A stretch of DNA of 64,000 nucleotides from Hyphomicrobiales bacterium (GTDB lineage Bacteria > Pseudomonadota > Alphaproteobacteria > Rhizobiales > Aestuariivirgaceae). Shown one piece after another: positions 39,632 through 52,510 of the stretch (within the stretch, counting starts at the first letter, position 1; each line of letters starts with the position of its first letter). The notes beneath the pieces are model-generated. The model had not been told where the DNA came from. It searched no databases and worked only from the letters and a program-made list of their open reading frames with translations. The stretch is from positions 4,594-68,593 of the forward strand of contig JANOXA010000016.1 of NCBI GenBank assembly GCA_031418195.1, written 5' to 3'. The position numbers and the translations under genes were made by a program.

Positions 39632-39843
39632 CTATCCCTTTTTATTATCAGGGGCGGCTTCTTTGTCCGTTCCCCTTGTTGAGGCCAAACTACGCTGGGG
39701 GCTTTAAGGTGGGCTGAAGAGTTTGGGTAAATTTGGTCTTATATTTTCGATATTTTGTCTCTTTTTCGCAGACAGTTTATTTCGTCTTATTCGGCAATGT
39801 TAATTGAATCTGACGCAATTTGGACTGGTGCAATGAAATGTTA

Positions 39844-39871
39844 AGGCCGCCACACTTGCGGGTGGCGGCCT
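39844..39871 (-). terminator. Stem-loop downstream of the 39895 gene
   Basis: aggccgccac-N8-gtggcggcct 10-bp stem. Confidence 0.5.
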
Positions 39872-39894
39872 GATATTTGTACTTCCGCTGCTGT

Positions 39895-40683
39895 TTATAA
39901 GCAGTTTTGGCCGCCAGCTTTGGCTTCCACAGTGCGCAGCATGGCTTTGACGGCAGAAGCTGAATTGCTCGCCATGGCTTGTTTGTGGCTTGATAGAACG
40001 GTGCCATAGAGACGCTGAATTGCGGCAGCTCCCATCGTATTGCAGCGTCGGGCAATATAGTATTTTTGCGCCAGACTGGCGTATTGCGAAAGTTTCTGCG
40101 GAGCCTTGACGGGTTTTTGAATCTTGGCTGGCTTCGGCGCATCAACTTTGACCAGCTGTGGTTTCTTGGTGGATTTGAGTTTTGGCTTTTGCGGTGGTTG
40201 CTGATCTTCCGCTGCAGCTAAAACAGCTACATCCTGTTTGGGCAATGCAACAACCTGGTCTTTTGGCTCAGAAGAAGTGGTGAGCTGTTTTGTTTGGTCT
40301 ACGGGTTCGGCTGATGCCTCCACCTCAAACGGTGCCTGGACATTTGTATTGGCGCCCTTGCGGGCTTCGTTCAAAACATCATTTACCAATTTTGCCTGTT
40401 CTGGCCCACAATCACCAATTTTGCCACTTGCCCGGCCCTTCGCCAAGGCGGCCCGGGCAACCTGAACTGATTGCATTTCCGCCAAGGCTATTTCAGCGCG
40501 GGCGACAAAATCCTGCAATTCCTGACGGTCGGCGGCCGACAATATATTGCAGCGCTTGTCGAGCACATAAGTTTTTGCCAGTAACGCTGTGGCGTCGGCA
40601 GGGGCCATGCCTGCTAAGGCTGGTGCAAACGGCCCCAAGGCTGCAAATAATGGAAGACAAATGTAAAGAGGCGAATTACGCAT
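39895..40683 (-). CDS. Hypothetical secreted protein: two small Cys-containing helical domains joined by a Pro/Lys-rich linker
   Basis: Signal peptide from ATG 40683; similar DKRCNIL and ARRCNTM segments at the two ends. Confidence 0.7.
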   Translation of the reverse strand: MRNSPLYICLPLFAALGPFAPALAGMAPADATALLAKTYVLDKRCNILSAADRQELQDFVARAEIALAEMQSVQVARAALAKGRASGKIGDCGPEQAKLVNDVLNEARKGANTNVQAPFEVEASAEPVDQTKQLTTSSEPKDQVVALPKQDVAVLAAAEDQQPPQKPKLKSTKKPQLVKVDAPKPAKIQKPVKAPQKLSQYASLAQKYYIARRCNTMGAAAIQRLYGTVLSSHKQAMASNSASAVKAMLRTVEAKAGGQNCL

Positions 40684-40705
40684 GGTGAACCAATCCCAAA
40701 TCTGA

Positions 40706-41578
40706 ATGCGACACCTGTTTCGCATTGCAGGTTTAACACAATTAAAATTTTATCGATTTCAGCATCCGGATGATTGGAGCATGGTTAGGGAATGGTTTAC
40801 AAGGCCGGATCGAACTGCTCAAAGTGTTGACATGGTGGTTCGAATTCTTGGCGTGGTTATTGGTGTTATGGCATTTTCAACTTTATGCCTTGGCCAGGAA
40901 GTACCTTTGCCAAAGTTGCGACCACCCCTTCTCAATGCCAAACCATTGAAAAAACCACTTCTCAATTTTCCGCCACTTGCAAACGGTGGTGGCTGGACAA
41001 TTGCGGCGACTGACGCTGCGCGAGCTCATTGCAGCATTCAGTTGCAAGGGTTGGACTTGACTTTTGATCCCCTGCCCCCACTTGGCGTTGCGGGCGGATG
41101 TGGGGCGGCTGCGCCCGTATTGTTACGGGCGATTGGCCAGACTCGCATTGTACCACCTGCTGAAGTCAATTGCGATTTTGCCGAGGCCTTGCATGGTTGG
41201 GTCACTTCATCTCTGCAACCGTCGGCGAAGACGTATTTGAAAAAAGATTTGACCGTGATCAACAATGCCTCAGCCTATGTGTGCAGGCGGCGAAATGGTT
41301 TGGCCTCTGGTAAAATGAGTGAACACGGCATTGCCAATGCTTTTGACATTGCATCCTTGCAATTTTCCGATGGCTCCACCACGACCATCAAAGGTGATTG
41401 GTCGGGTGCGGCACAATTGATCGGGACTTCCTCGAAAGGCAATTTCCTGCGGCGTTTGCGGCGGGATGCCTGCATTCGTTTCACTACGGTTTTGGGGCCG
41501 GGTTCAGACAGATATCATGGAGATCATTTTCATGTTGATCTGGCGCGGAGGCGCAATGGATTTCGCATCTGCAAGTAA
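40706..41578 (+). CDS. Extensin-like C-terminal domain protein (start probably downstream)
   Basis: SAYVCRRRNG...MSEHGIANAFDI...VLGPGSDRYHGDHFHVD. Confidence 0.88.
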   Translation: MRHLFRIAGLTQLKFYRFQHPDDWSMVREWFTRPDRTAQSVDMVVRILGVVIGVMAFSTLCLGQEVPLPKLRPPLLNAKPLKKPLLNFPPLANGGGWTIAATDAARAHCSIQLQGLDLTFDPLPPLGVAGGCGAAAPVLLRAIGQTRIVPPAEVNCDFAEALHGWVTSSLQPSAKTYLKKDLTVINNASAYVCRRRNGLASGKMSEHGIANAFDIASLQFSDGSTTTIKGDWSGAAQLIGTSSKGNFLRRLRRDACIRFTTVLGPGSDRYHGDHFHVDLARRRNGFRICK

Positions 41579-41624
41579 CGCTGTGGCGGGATTGCGGGTT
41601 CTCAAGTCGGTTTTGGTCTGGTAG

Positions 41625-43509
<1,885 letters not shown>

Positions 43510-43618
43510 TAGTCTCCCTTTGTGGGTTGCTTAAAAGCAAAACTGCCCAATTGCCAGAGGTGCTTGCGAAACAATCGCGTTCAAGTGATAATCAGGGTTC
43601 AGGAGTTCGGTTCACCCC

Positions 43619-44356
43619 ATGTCCATAGAACGGCGAAATTTTCCGCAGTTTTTTATTACTGCGCCCAGTCCCTGCCCTTATTTGCCAGGGCGTCTGGAAC
43701 GCAAGGTCTTTACCCACCTTGTAGGGCCGGATGCACGCCATATGAACAGCAACCTTTCCCAGACCGGTTTCCGACGTAGTCAAAACATTGCCTATCGCCC
43801 GGCCTGCGATGGTTGCGGTGCCTGCTCTTCGACTCGAGTGCCGGTCAAGAGCTTTAATTGGACGAAGGGTTTTCGGCGGATTTTGCGGCAAAACGAGGAT
43901 GTAACCTCTATCGTCAAACCTGCAAAAGCAACGAGTGAACTCTACTCGCTTTTCCGCACCTATATCGATGACCGCCATTCTGAAGGGGGTATGGCTGAAA
44001 TGTCTGTGCTGGATTTTTCGGCTATGGTTGATGATACGCTGGTTGACAGCCGCATCGTCGAATATCGCACCCCAACGGCCTACGAACCGCAGGGCGAGTT
44101 GATCGCCGCCGTGTTGGTTGACGTTTTGGGCGATGGGGTCTCTTTGATTTACAGCTTCTACGATCCTGCCATGGCAAAGCGCAGCCTTGGCAGCTTTGTC
44201 ATCCTCGATATGATCCGCAGGGCAGAACGCATGGGCTTGCCCTATGTCTACCTGGGCTTCTATGTCGCGGGATCACCCAAAATGACTTATAAGGGACGTT
44301 TCATGCCTCAAGAACGTCTTACACCGGACGGTTGGGTTTTGCGACAAATTGATTGA
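43619..44356 (+). CDS. bpt: Aminoacyl-tRNA-protein transferase (ATE/Bpt family)
   Basis: PSPCPYLPGRLERK, GFRRSQNIAYRPAC, YSFYDP, LPYVYLGFYV...KM.YK. Confidence 0.9.
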   Translation: MSIERRNFPQFFITAPSPCPYLPGRLERKVFTHLVGPDARHMNSNLSQTGFRRSQNIAYRPACDGCGACSSTRVPVKSFNWTKGFRRILRQNEDVTSIVKPAKATSELYSLFRTYIDDRHSEGGMAEMSVLDFSAMVDDTLVDSRIVEYRTPTAYEPQGELIAAVLVDVLGDGVSLIYSFYDPAMAKRSLGSFVILDMIRRAERMGLPYVYLGFYVAGSPKMTYKGRFMPQERLTPDGWVLRQID

Positions 44357-44416
44357 AATCAGGACTTGCGAAAAATCGGCAATTTGTCCAATCATCATTT
44401 TATAAAGGAACCCTTG

Positions 44417-45169
44417 ATGAAAAAAGCCGGACTTTCGCACCCCTTGGACGCCGCCCGCGCTGCAAGCTTGCTTGAAGCAGAACTGAAGGCACTGAAAATC
44501 AATGTTCACGCTTCCAGTGACATGGCGGCATTTAATGCTGCCAAGTTGAAATTGCGTGGATCGTTGCCTTCTCCCATGCATGACCATGAGGTTTGTGTGT
44601 TTGACCGCGAACGGGCTTTCTGGATGTATCTAACAGATGAAGCTGGCGAAATGGTGGGTCTCCAAGCTTTCCGGTTCGACGAAATTGATACCAGCCTTGC
44701 AGACTGGTGCGTGACCTACATGATTGGCGTCTACATGCGGCGGCAGGAATTGATGGTGCCATCCCATGCCAAGCCTCCGGCTGGGAGTTTCTCTGAAAGG
44801 TTGACGGGAAAGCTGGTTTATCACGGCGAAATCTGGGTCGACAAGCAGATCAAGAACCGCAAGGTGTTTGAGCATTTTGTGAAGCTTGGCCTGATCCTGA
44901 CATTGATCAAATGGCAACCTGATGCGATTTGGGGACTGGCAACCAACCAGATGGCCAATCATGGCCACTTCACCCGCGTTGGCTATTCGATATTGGAACG
45001 GGGTTTCCTGCGTTGGCAATGGTCGACGGATAGTATTGGACCGATGGAATATCTTGTGGCATCCGAAAAGCAATCGCTGGAAAATCTTGTCGCAGAGATG
45101 ACTTCGCCTGAAGCAGAAATTGCCTTGCCAATGGGTGGCGAGAATAACGAGCAACCGACGTCGAACTGA
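44417..45169 (+). CDS. Hypothetical protein, possibly GNAT-fold
   Basis: Start ATG 44417 (SD aagga); LVYHGEIWVDKQIKNRKV resembles a GNAT motif A region. Confidence 0.6.
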   Translation: MKKAGLSHPLDAARAASLLEAELKALKINVHASSDMAAFNAAKLKLRGSLPSPMHDHEVCVFDRERAFWMYLTDEAGEMVGLQAFRFDEIDTSLADWCVTYMIGVYMRRQELMVPSHAKPPAGSFSERLTGKLVYHGEIWVDKQIKNRKVFEHFVKLGLILTLIKWQPDAIWGLATNQMANHGHFTRVGYSILERGFLRWQWSTDSIGPMEYLVASEKQSLENLVAEMTSPEAEIALPMGGENNEQPTSN

Positions 45170-45170
45170 A

Positions 45171-45938
45171 CTAAAACAGGTTAATGTTGACGGGTGAAAG
45201 ATCCGAGATGACACGAACATGGCGCTTGGTGCCATTTGTCTTGGTTTCCGGGATGATAACGCGCTGATAACCCATCCAGTGATGTTCGCCATTTGGCCTG
45301 ACCATGACTGCTAGGACATGATCATAAACCGGCCTGCCGGTTGCGACGGCGGTGAAATAGGACTGGGAGACAACCCTGTCATAGCTATGGCCCGACATGC
45401 ACGGAAACGAAACAGGTGAAACGCCCCAGATGCTTGCGACGAGTGAATTTCGCCCGACCTGTTCGACATGTGAAACTTGTCGCGCTGTATCAATGCTGCA
45501 GACGACGGACTCATCGTCCAACGTCGTGCCGCTTTCGAGGGCAGTACGCAATTTTGCCGGCATGATTTTCAAATCTGGAATCTGAACGGCGGAATAGGCG
45601 CGCTGTGAGAAATAAATATCACTTTTAAAAATGAGTTGCTCAACACGGTTCCCGGTTTCCCAAGCAGTATTGAGGGTTTCTTCAAACCAGCCGGAGTTGA
45701 AATAGCTTAAGGTAAATGGTGCTTTGCAAGTGTGGACAAAATTCAATGCAAATAAAAGTGATGACCAGTTTGCACCGGCCATATTCCACTTCAAGGATGT
45801 CCCTTTGGTTCCCGTCTCAAGCCGAATGAGATTGAGACTGTCGAACAGGGCTTTGGCAGAATAATTGCTGCCGTCTGACTTCACAGGTCGGGCGATGATT
45901 GCGCCGTCCTTAATCCAATATTCTTGTGTGTCCATTTG
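45171..45938 (-). CDS. Hypothetical protein with a C-terminal PAS-like domain
   Basis: VEQVGRNS...SYFTAVATGRPVYDHV...HWMGYQRVIIP; paralogous to the next gene; start ATG 45938. Confidence 0.6.
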   Translation of the reverse strand, partial: QMDTQEYWIKDGAIIARPVKSDGSNYSAKALFDSLNLIRLETGTKGTSLKWNMAGANWSSLLFALNFVHTCKAPFTLSYFNSGWFEETLNTAWETGNRVEQLIFKSDIYFSQRAYSAVQIPDLKIMPAKLRTALESGTTLDDESVVCSIDTARQVSHVEQVGRNSLVASIWGVSPVSFPCMSGHSYDRVVSQSYFTAVATGRPVYDHVLAVMVRPNGEHHWMGYQRVIIPETKTNGTKRHVRVISDLSPVNINLF

Positions 45939-46095
45939 CCAAACTTTACAAACAATGATTTGGCCCGCCCCCCAGACAACGGACTTCATGATTGCCTATA
46001 GGTCAGAATTACGAATTTTGTCTTACTTGGCTGAAATAACCCCACGTGGATTTGAATTTTGGCGCTTCGGGCAATCAAACAACTCCATAACCCCT

Positions 46096-46177
46096 GTCAT
46101 CCCCACGAAAGCGGGAAACCAGGCTTTCAACAATGGCGCTGGTTGACAGCCTGGATCCCGACTTTCGTGGGGATGAC
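46096..46177. repeat. Palindromic miniature element (GTCATCCCC...GGGGATGAC family)
   Basis: gtcatccccacgaaagcgggaaacca ... tggatcccgactttcgtggggatgac. Confidence 0.75.
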
Positions 46178-46216
46178 GGTAGAAACAGCTATGATCTAAA
46201 TTTGTCGATCTTAGCT

Positions 46217-46789
46217 CTAAATGACCGAAAATTCCACTTTGGCGATTTCCGAAACAACGCTTACTGCGGCCAAACCATGACGCCTGCTTCCAGGAAAAAT
46301 CAACCGGTGATAGGGTGCCCAATGGACTTGGTTGTCGGGCAGACGCATGGCTGCCAAGACCTGGTCATAGTGTGGCTGCCCGTCTTGAAGCACCTTGTTG
46401 TATGCTGCACTCACTGCGTCGCCGTACTTGCTCCTGGGTTGGCATGGGAAAGATGAGGTATACGTCCCCCACAAGCGGCCGATTGCTGACTTTGGACCTA
46501 TGCGGTCGACGACATAGTTTTGTGAAGTTTCATCATAGGCACATTCAAAACAATATTCGTCGGGAGCGGCGCGGCGTTCTAGGCTTTCTCGCAGAATCGA
46601 CGGCATATTGCTGTCCTTTGGATCAACTGCCCTGACAAAGGCACGGCTGGTGAAATAGCGATCGCCGCGCACCATTATGGTTTCAATGCGGCGAATTGCA
46701 TCTTCTGCGGTAACAAAAATTTCCTCGAACCAACCCATTGCATGAAACCTGAGAATGTAAGGGGGATCGGTGTCAACCAGGCAATCCAT
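46217..46789 (-). CDS. Hypothetical protein with a PAS-like domain, paralogue of 45171-45938
   Basis: VDRIGPKS...AAYNKVLQDGQPHYDQV...HWAPYHRLIFP. Confidence 0.6.
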   Translation of the reverse strand: MDCLVDTDPPYILRFHAMGWFEEIFVTAEDAIRRIETIMVRGDRYFTSRAFVRAVDPKDSNMPSILRESLERRAAPDEYCFECAYDETSQNYVVDRIGPKSAIGRLWGTYTSSFPCQPRSKYGDAVSAAYNKVLQDGQPHYDQVLAAMRLPDNQVHWAPYHRLIFPGSRRHGLAAVSVVSEIAKVEFSVI

Positions 46790-47097
46790 GATGCTGTAAT
46801 GCGATGAGAAACAAGGTGGATCAACAGCCCACTTGATTTCGGTGCCACTTGTACTGGTCGTCAGGCGGACTTGCCCTTCCGCAAAGCGAAGCTGATCTGC
46901 ACTGGCATCACCTTTGTCAGGTCGACTATTTTTTTGCGACTGTAACGCCAGACTTTATCCAAACTTGCCACCCGCTCATTTTATTCCGCCCACAAATCAA
47001 ACTGCGGGACAGCCCCTGCACAGAATCCAATGCATGTGTCGAGCCGCAACACTTGATACGGCTAAACTCCACTTAACAGGATTGATAAAATGCTGGC

Positions 47098-49341
47098 CTA
47101 GCCAAAACGATTGTTCTTGGGGAAGCCCTTGGGTGGCAGTTTTCCGGCTTGTGCCCGTTCTCCCATCCACTCGGCAAGATCAGTTACAGTCCAACTCCGA
47201 CCGGACGTATCCAGCCATTGGAGGCCTGTTTTCAGATTGAAGCACTGGGCATCTGACAGGTTGCCATCCTTGAATTTTTGCAAGCGAACGCCCTTGCCGC
47301 GGGACATTTCTGGCAACTCTGCCAACTTGAAAATCAGCAGTTTGCGGTTTTCGCCGATTGTTGCAACATGATCGGCATCCGGGCTGACGCTGCGGCAGGT
47401 CAGGGCTTCAGCCGGTGCTTTGACATTCAGAACCTGCTTGCCCTTGCGCGTGTTGGCGAGGCAATCATCTTCCAGCACCAAAAATCCGTCGCCCTCTGTC
47501 GAAGTGAGCAGACGTTTCGTGCCGGGTTGATGGATGAACAGTTCGACGATCTGATCCGTGGCATCAAGGTCTGCCATCAGGCGTAACGGCTCACCATGAC
47601 CACGGCCTCCCGGCAGTTTGCCTGCTTCAAGTGAGAAGAATTTGCCCGAGGTGGAAAACAACATCAGTTTGTCGGTTGTCATCGCCTTGATGACAAAGCG
47701 CCCCTTGTCACCATCCTTGTAAGACATGGAGGATGTATCTTCAATGTGGCCCTTGATCGATCTGATCCAGCCTTTTTCCGAACAGATGATGGTAACGGGT
47801 TCCTTCTCTACCATCATTTCATCTAGTTCATCGGAGACATCGGGCGCTTCGGCAAAATCCGTGCGGCGTTTTCCGAGGGGTGTTTTCTTGGAATAGGTTT
47901 CTTTTACTCTGCGAATTTGATCGCTGATGTTCTCCCACTGCTGATCATCGGATTTTAGCAAAGCGTTGAGGCCTTTTTGCTCTTTCGTCAGCTTGTCGTG
48001 TTCGGTGCGGATTTCCATTTCTTCAAGCTTGCGCAAGGAGCGCAGGCGCATGTTGAGAATGGCTTCGGCTTGATTGTCGGTGAGCTTGAAGCGCGCTATC
48101 AGAACCGGTTTTGGTTCATTTTCTTCCCGAATGATGCGTATGACTTCATCAAGGTTCAGATAGGCAATCAAATAACCTTCAAGAATTTCCAGTCGCCGTG
48201 CAATTTCCCCCAGCCGGAAATTTGTGCCGCGTACCAACACCGATTTGCGATGGTCCAGCCATTCGCGCAGCACATCGCGCAAGGACATGACCTTGGGTAT
48301 CTTGCCGCCCGACAACACATTCATGTTGAGTGAAATTCGATTTTCGAATTCGGTATGGCGGAACATCTGCTCCATCAGAATGGCAGGTTCGATGTTGCGG
48401 GTTTTGGGTTCGATGACAACGCGAACATCTTCTGCCGATTCATCCCGGATATCGCCCAGCAGCGGCAGCTTCTTGTCGTTGAGCAGGTCGGCAACTTGCG
48501 CAATCAGTTTTGACTTTTGCACCATATAAGGAATTTCGGTGACGACAATTTGCCAGCCGCCGCGACCGAGTTCCTCGACACTCCAGCGGGCCCGCACGCG
48601 GAAACCGCCGCGTCCGGTTTTGTAGGCTTCGATGATTGACTCGCGGGAATCGATGATGATGCCGCCCGTGGGGAAGTCTGGTCCCTGCACAAATTGCGAC
48701 AGTTTTTCTGGCGTTGCGTTGGGGGTTTTGATCAGATGCAGTGCGGCATCGCAGAGTTCAGCCGCATTGTGGGGCGGAATGGATGTGGCCATGCCGACCG
48801 CAATGCCTGTGGCACCATTGGCCAGCAGATTGGGAAAGGCACCCGGCAACACAACGGGTTCCTCAACCGAGCCATCATAGTTCGGGCGGAAATCCACCGT
48901 GTCTTCATCAATGCCATCGAGCAGCAAGCCCGCCACAGCTGTCATACGGGCTTCGGTGTAACGATAGGCAGCAGCGCTATCGCCGTCGATATTGCCGAAA
49001 TTTCCCTGGCCATCGATTAGGGGATAGCGCGATGAAAAATCCTGGGCGAGGCGCACAAGTGCGTCATAAATCGATTGGTCGCCATGGGGATGATAACCGC
49101 CCATCACGTCTCCAACGATCTTGGCGGATTTTTTGAAGGCGGAATTGGGATCGAGCCGCAGCATGCGCATGACATGCAGCAAACGACGGTGAACTGGCTT
49201 CAAACCGTCGCGCACGTCCGGCAAAGCACGGTGCATGATGGTGGAAAGGGCATAGGCCAGATAACGCTCTTCCAAGGCCCCTTGCAATTCGATGGGTTCA
49301 ATAGGGGCTGGCGGCGATGGGGGGGAAACAGGCTTTTTCAT
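47098..49341 (-). CDS. parC: DNA topoisomerase IV subunit A
   Basis: [45 protein letters not shown]; short degenerate beta-pinwheel CTD; start ATG 49341. Confidence 0.95.
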   Translation of the reverse strand: MKKPVSPPSPPAPIEPIELQGALEERYLAYALSTIMHRALPDVRDGLKPVHRRLLHVMRMLRLDPNSAFKKSAKIVGDVMGGYHPHGDQSIYDALVRLAQDFSSRYPLIDGQGNFGNIDGDSAAAYRYTEARMTAVAGLLLDGIDEDTVDFRPNYDGSVEEPVVLPGAFPNLLANGATGIAVGMATSIPPHNAAELCDAALHLIKTPNATPEKLSQFVQGPDFPTGGIIIDSRESIIEAYKTGRGGFRVRARWSVEELGRGGWQIVVTEIPYMVQKSKLIAQVADLLNDKKLPLLGDIRDESAEDVRVVIEPKTRNIEPAILMEQMFRHTEFENRISLNMNVLSGGKIPKVMSLRDVLREWLDHRKSVLVRGTNFRLGEIARRLEILEGYLIAYLNLDEVIRIIREENEPKPVLIARFKLTDNQAEAILNMRLRSLRKLEEMEIRTEHDKLTKEQKGLNALLKSDDQQWENISDQIRRVKETYSKKTPLGKRRTDFAEAPDVSDELDEMMVEKEPVTIICSEKGWIRSIKGHIEDTSSMSYKDGDKGRFVIKAMTTDKLMLFSTSGKFFSLEAGKLPGGRGHGEPLRLMADLDATDQIVELFIHQPGTKRLLTSTEGDGFLVLEDDCLANTRKGKQVLNVKAPAEALTCRSVSPDADHVATIGENRKLLIFKLAELPEMSRGKGVRLQKFKDGNLSDAQCFNLKTGLQWLDTSGRSWTVTDLAEWMGERAQAGKLPPKGFPKNNRFG

Positions 49342-49499
49342 GATTCGAATATTATAAATCAAACTACGCGGAATTGACCTACCTTAACTGGCCTTAACTC
49401 GCTGAATTTCAGGCAGCTTTCGGATTGGCAGAGATCGTGATTGGGAGTGCTTCGGTAGAGGTAAACCGAGCGGCTCGATAGTGCAGGATCATGTGCTGC

Positions 49500-49563
49500 A
49501 TTCGCCTCCCCACCTCCGTCGCTTCGCGACACCTCCTCCCCGCGAAAGGCGCGGGGTGGAGGG
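49500..49563. repeat. REP-like palindromic element
   Basis: ccccacctccgtcgcttcgcgacacctcctccccgcgaaaggcgcggggtggaggg, similar to the element at 62159. Confidence 0.5.
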
Positions 49564-50071
49564 CATTGATTGGAGACCGGTATTCAACAAGTGCCCTCCA
49601 ACCCGATTTTTCTTCGGGGCCGAGTTGACGGAGATGTGGCAATTTCTTCCTGCAGCGCGCCGTCAATATTATTTTTACCTTATTCAACTGAAAGCTGCAT
49701 TTGGTTGAGAATGCCAGTTTTTTAACCTTGCTCGTTGCCCTGTCATTAAATTCCCTTCGCCTAAGCATGGAAAAAATAGGGAGATAAACTTTGGACTTCG
49801 ATGCAATCAACCACATCTGCAACTTCGCCCGCCGGGCCAAACGCATTCGTATTCGTCGTGGCTACTATGGCGATTGCAGCATCCAGATCAGCTATGGTCC
49901 GTGTGGCGTGTTGAAAAAAACCTATCGACTTGATTTCTTGAGTTTGCATGCCATTCGTAATCGCGTCAGGCTGCAGCGGACAGTGAAAAATGTTTCCCGC
50001 AAATTCAACCCCATTGCAGTTCAGTACGCAAAATCCGTCTGAGTCCGAGGGCCGTCGACCATTGAAACGGC

Positions 50072-51739
50072 TTAGACCCGCGCTAACAGAACTTTGACAA
50101 CGGGTTTCTTGCCCCAGACCATGTCGGCGTTGCGCCTGATCGCCGTGCGGATTGTTTCAACCACATGCGCATCATCCTTGCGTCGGCTTTTGGCTAGAGC
50201 TTCAAAGGCTTTTTCGGCAGATATGGCGAGTTCCTCTTCCATGCCCATTGGCACACCATCGAGGATGATTTCAACATCTTCGGCAAGTTCCAGACGATCA
50301 TCAACCAGCGCCAATGCGATGACCATGCCGACATGAGAGAGCTTGCGGCGCTGTTTGGCTGGGCCATCTCCTCCCGGCACGATCAATTTGCCATCGACAT
50401 GCAGCACGCCGCAGGACACTTCATCTATGACTTCAAGAGGTCCGGGGCAAAGCCTTGAAATCTTTCCATCTTCGAGGATCAGGGTGTCCTTGATGCCATT
50501 GGCCTTGGCGAATTTTGCGTGGGCATAAAGGTGGCGCGGCTCACCATGCATGGGAACCAACGCACGGGGTTTCAGCAGGTTGTAAAGAGTTTTCAATTCG
50601 TCCTGGCGGGGATGGCCCGACGAATGCACCAGTGCATCATCTGACGTAATGACATCGACTTTCAACTTGGCAAGTCCATTGATGATTGCGCCCACTTCTT
50701 TTTCATTGCCCGGAATTGTGCGGGCGGAGAAAATAACCAGATCGCCCTCCTCCAGTGCAATGTTAGGGTGGTTGTCTTCAGCGATACGCGCCATGGCGGC
50801 GCGGGGTTCGCCCTGGCTGCCAGTGCAGAGCAACATGATCTTGTTGGGTGGCAGATAGCCAAAAGCATCCTCATCCAGAAACGCGCCGGCATTACCCAGC
50901 ATGCCGCAGTTGCGCGCCGCTTCGATGGTGTTGCGCATGGCACGGCCTGCGATGACTACTTCGCGTCCCGCTGCACGCGCCGCTTTTACAGCGCAGGAAA
51001 TGCGTTCGACATGGGAGGCAAATGTGGTGACGGCGACACGGCCTGTGGCGTGTTTGATGATGTCTTCAAGCGTTGACGCCACATCGCGTTCTGAAGGTGA
51101 GAAGCCTTCGCGCAAGACATTGGTTGAATCGCAGACCAAAACATCAACGCCTGCCTTGCCGATTTCCTCAAAGCGCTTGGCGTTGAAAGGTGCGCCAAGG
51201 ACGGGCGTGTAATCGATTTTCCAATCACCGGAATGGACGATGCGTCCTTCCGGGGTTTCAATCAGCAAGGCATTTGACTGGGGGATGGAATGGGTGACAT
51301 CCACGAATTCAAGTTCGAAATTGCCGACTTTGAAAGGTTTTCCCGGCACCTGAATGTGCAAAGTTACTTCTGCTTCGAGACCGTGTTCGCGCAATTTCAG
51401 TTTCAGGAGTTCGGCGGCAAAACTTGTACAATAAACATCACATCGCAACTGCGGCCACAGCCATGGAACAGCGCCGATATGATCTTCATGGGCATGGGTG
51501 ATGACCAGGCCTGCAAGATCGCTTTTGTTGGATGTGATGAAACCAATGTCAGGCAGGATAACGTCAACGCCGGGTTCTTTTTCACCGCCGAACTTCACCC
51601 CCAGATCGACCATCAGCCATTGCCGCTCAAGGGCATTGCCTGTGCCATAGCAATAGCAATTCATGCCGATTTCCCCGGTGCCGCCAAGGGGCAACAGCAC
51701 GAGTTCGGGGGTCTGGTCTTTGCGGCGTTTGGCGTTCAT
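50072..51739 (-). CDS. rnj: Ribonuclease J
   Basis: LGGTGEIGMN, THAHEDHIG, HSGDWKID, CTGSQGEP, HSSGH. Confidence 0.95.
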   Translation of the reverse strand: MNAKRRKDQTPELVLLPLGGTGEIGMNCYCYGTGNALERQWLMVDLGVKFGGEKEPGVDVILPDIGFITSNKSDLAGLVITHAHEDHIGAVPWLWPQLRCDVYCTSFAAELLKLKLREHGLEAEVTLHIQVPGKPFKVGNFELEFVDVTHSIPQSNALLIETPEGRIVHSGDWKIDYTPVLGAPFNAKRFEEIGKAGVDVLVCDSTNVLREGFSPSERDVASTLEDIIKHATGRVAVTTFASHVERISCAVKAARAAGREVVIAGRAMRNTIEAARNCGMLGNAGAFLDEDAFGYLPPNKIMLLCTGSQGEPRAAMARIAEDNHPNIALEEGDLVIFSARTIPGNEKEVGAIINGLAKLKVDVITSDDALVHSSGHPRQDELKTLYNLLKPRALVPMHGEPRHLYAHAKFAKANGIKDTLILEDGKISRLCPGPLEVIDEVSCGVLHVDGKLIVPGGDGPAKQRRKLSHVGMVIALALVDDRLELAEDVEIILDGVPMGMEEELAISAEKAFEALAKSRRKDDAHVVETIRTAIRRNADMVWGKKPVVKVLLARV

Positions 51740-52506
51740 GAATGTCCATTTCGAAGTCTGCCCAGCGAAGGAATGTGCAAATCGCCAGCGTGAAAAATGT
51801 GTGGGGGGCCGACTGAAGGTTTCAGCACCACGGCTCCCTGCTCTGTGAGACCTTCAAAGGTTCCGGTCAAGTGTTCTGTACCGATGGTCATCGATGCAGT
51901 TTCGCCAATGCCAATGGCCTGTTGGACCCAAGCGGAACGGATTGCGGCAAATCCCAGACCGTTGTTCCACAGGGTGAACCATTGGGCCAATGCCGTGCGA
52001 TAGGATTGGAACACAATGTCTCGTTCCGTATGGACACCTTCGGCATTGAGGCAGGTTGCAGGATAGGGCAATCCGGTTGGCGCATGGGCGACATTGATGC
52101 CGCAACCAATGGCAACAGTCAGCGGGTTGGTGGAAAGCACCTCTGACAGGATGCCGGCAATCTTGGCTCCGCCGACCAGCACATCGTTGGGCCATTTGAG
52201 CTTCGGTTCGGCTGTTGTGAGACCCCGCACCACATCAGCAACAGACAGCGCAACGACAAAGCCGATTTGGGGAACGATTGAGATCTCATTCGACATGCCA
52301 GAAGGGCTGTGCAGGGGAAGAATCAGGGTTGAATAGCAATTGCCCCGCAGCGATGCCCAGTTTCGATCCAGTCGGCCTTTGCCTGCCGTTTGTTCGTCCG
52401 CCAACAGGAACAAGGACTCACGCTGGCCGTTGGCGAAAAGCCGATGGGCTTCGAGGTTGGTGGAGTCGATCGTCGTATAGTGTTGGAGTTGGGCCTGTTC
52501 TATCAC
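51736..52506 (-). CDS. birA: Biotin-[acetyl-CoA carboxylase] ligase
   Basis: DSTN, EQTAGKGRLDRNW, KWPNDVLVGGAKIAGIL. Confidence 0.95.
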   Translation of the reverse strand: MIEQAQLQHYTTIDSTNLEAHRLFANGQRESLFLLADEQTAGKGRLDRNWASLRGNCYSTLILPLHSPSGMSNEISIVPQIGFVVALSVADVVRGLTTAEPKLKWPNDVLVGGAKIAGILSEVLSTNPLTVAIGCGINVAHAPTGLPYPATCLNAEGVHTERDIVFQSYRTALAQWFTLWNNGLGFAAIRSAWVQQAIGIGETASMTIGTEHLTGTFEGLTEQGAVVLKPSVGPPHIFHAGDLHIPSLGRLRNGHS

Positions 52507-52510
52507 GCGT

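Noticed and set aside
49060-49110. ParC QRDR reads [10 protein letters not shown] (Gln at the Ser80-equivalent) as acquired quinolone resistance
   Set aside because: Non-Ser residues here are a common natural state in alphaproteobacterial ParC; not evidence of selection
49384-49397. TTAA-N6-TTAA upstream of parC as a CtrA site
   Set aside because: Spacing is 6, not 7; too weak to call without data
49409-50042. Short ORFs on both strands between parC and rnj
   Set aside because: No recognisable motifs or SD, and they overlap each other and a REP-like element; possibly decayed DNA, but no identity can be supported
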